Made by a program: the position numbers and the translations under genes
Assembly (NCBI GenBank): GCA_963828525.1
Contig: CAWHEP010000002.1
Coordinates: forward strand, 32,001-96,000
DNA length: 64,000 nt
DNA from: an uncultured Verrucomicrobiae bacterium
GTDB lineage: Bacteria > Verrucomicrobiota > Verrucomicrobiia > Chthoniobacterales > Chthoniobacteraceae
Reading direction: 5' to 3'
Part shown: positions 63,863 through 64,000 of the stretch, in pieces
Layout of the letters: each line of letters opens with the position of its first letter
How positions within the stretch are numbered: the stretch's first letter is position 1
Notes under the pieces: generated by a model
What the model was told of the DNA's origin: nothing
The model's input: only the letters and a program-made list of their open reading frames with translations
The model's database searches: none

Positions 63863-64000
63863 ATGGTAACTATGGAAGCCGCGCACCGCATCTCCCGTTT
63901 CAGATCCCCTTGCGGCAGGCTTGGGATCGCCGCCGCGGCGGCGGTTGCTCTGGGAATGGGATTGTTTCTCACTGCTACCCCAGCGTGGGCAGCACCGATG
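63863..64000 (+). CDS. Partial exported protein (signal peptide only, runs off the window)
   Basis: MVTMEAAHRISRFRSPCGRLGIAAAAAVALGMGLFLTATPAWA|APM. Confidence 0.5.
   Translation, partial: MVTMEAAHRISRFRSPCGRLGIAAAAAVALGMGLFLTATPAWAAPM

Overview
Bacterial chromosomal window, most likely Verrucomicrobiota (Chthoniobacter/Spartobacteria-like; inferred from gene style only). Left to right: (1) the right end of an integrative element at the 3' end of tRNA-Val(CAC), with a tyrosine integrase, an excisionase remnant and an IS66 remnant interrupting a ComEC/MBL-fold gene; (2) a frameshifted GH9-LamG gene and an SDR; (3) a ~20 kb surface-polysaccharide locus (two acyltransferase-3 genes, WcaJ- and WecA-like priming transferases, Wzy-like polymerase, GT2/GT4s, PIG-L deacetylase, WcaF); (4) rpsB without tsf; (5) a ~15 kb accessory region (31-45.8 kb) organised by nine copies of a 22-28 bp GGGGTCAG..TTGACA repeat tied to fragments of a REP-associated tyrosine transposase (RAYT). 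It includes a duplicated ~735 bp MITE-like unit that truncates genes, a 2189-aa GH53+GH5 surface protein, and a deaminase-HATPase_c_4-wHTH fusion downstream of a decayed AbiEi antitoxin (candidate defence gene); (6) core genes ruvA, prc, aminotransferase IV, an NtrC-like regulator, uppS, purA, rplM-rpsI; (7) kinase-PolyVal and IS1 remnants, an RND pair (permease frameshifted), an aldo/keto reductase, gndA and pgsA. Many single-base frameshifts may be long-read errors. All family calls come from motif recognition by eye, not database searches.
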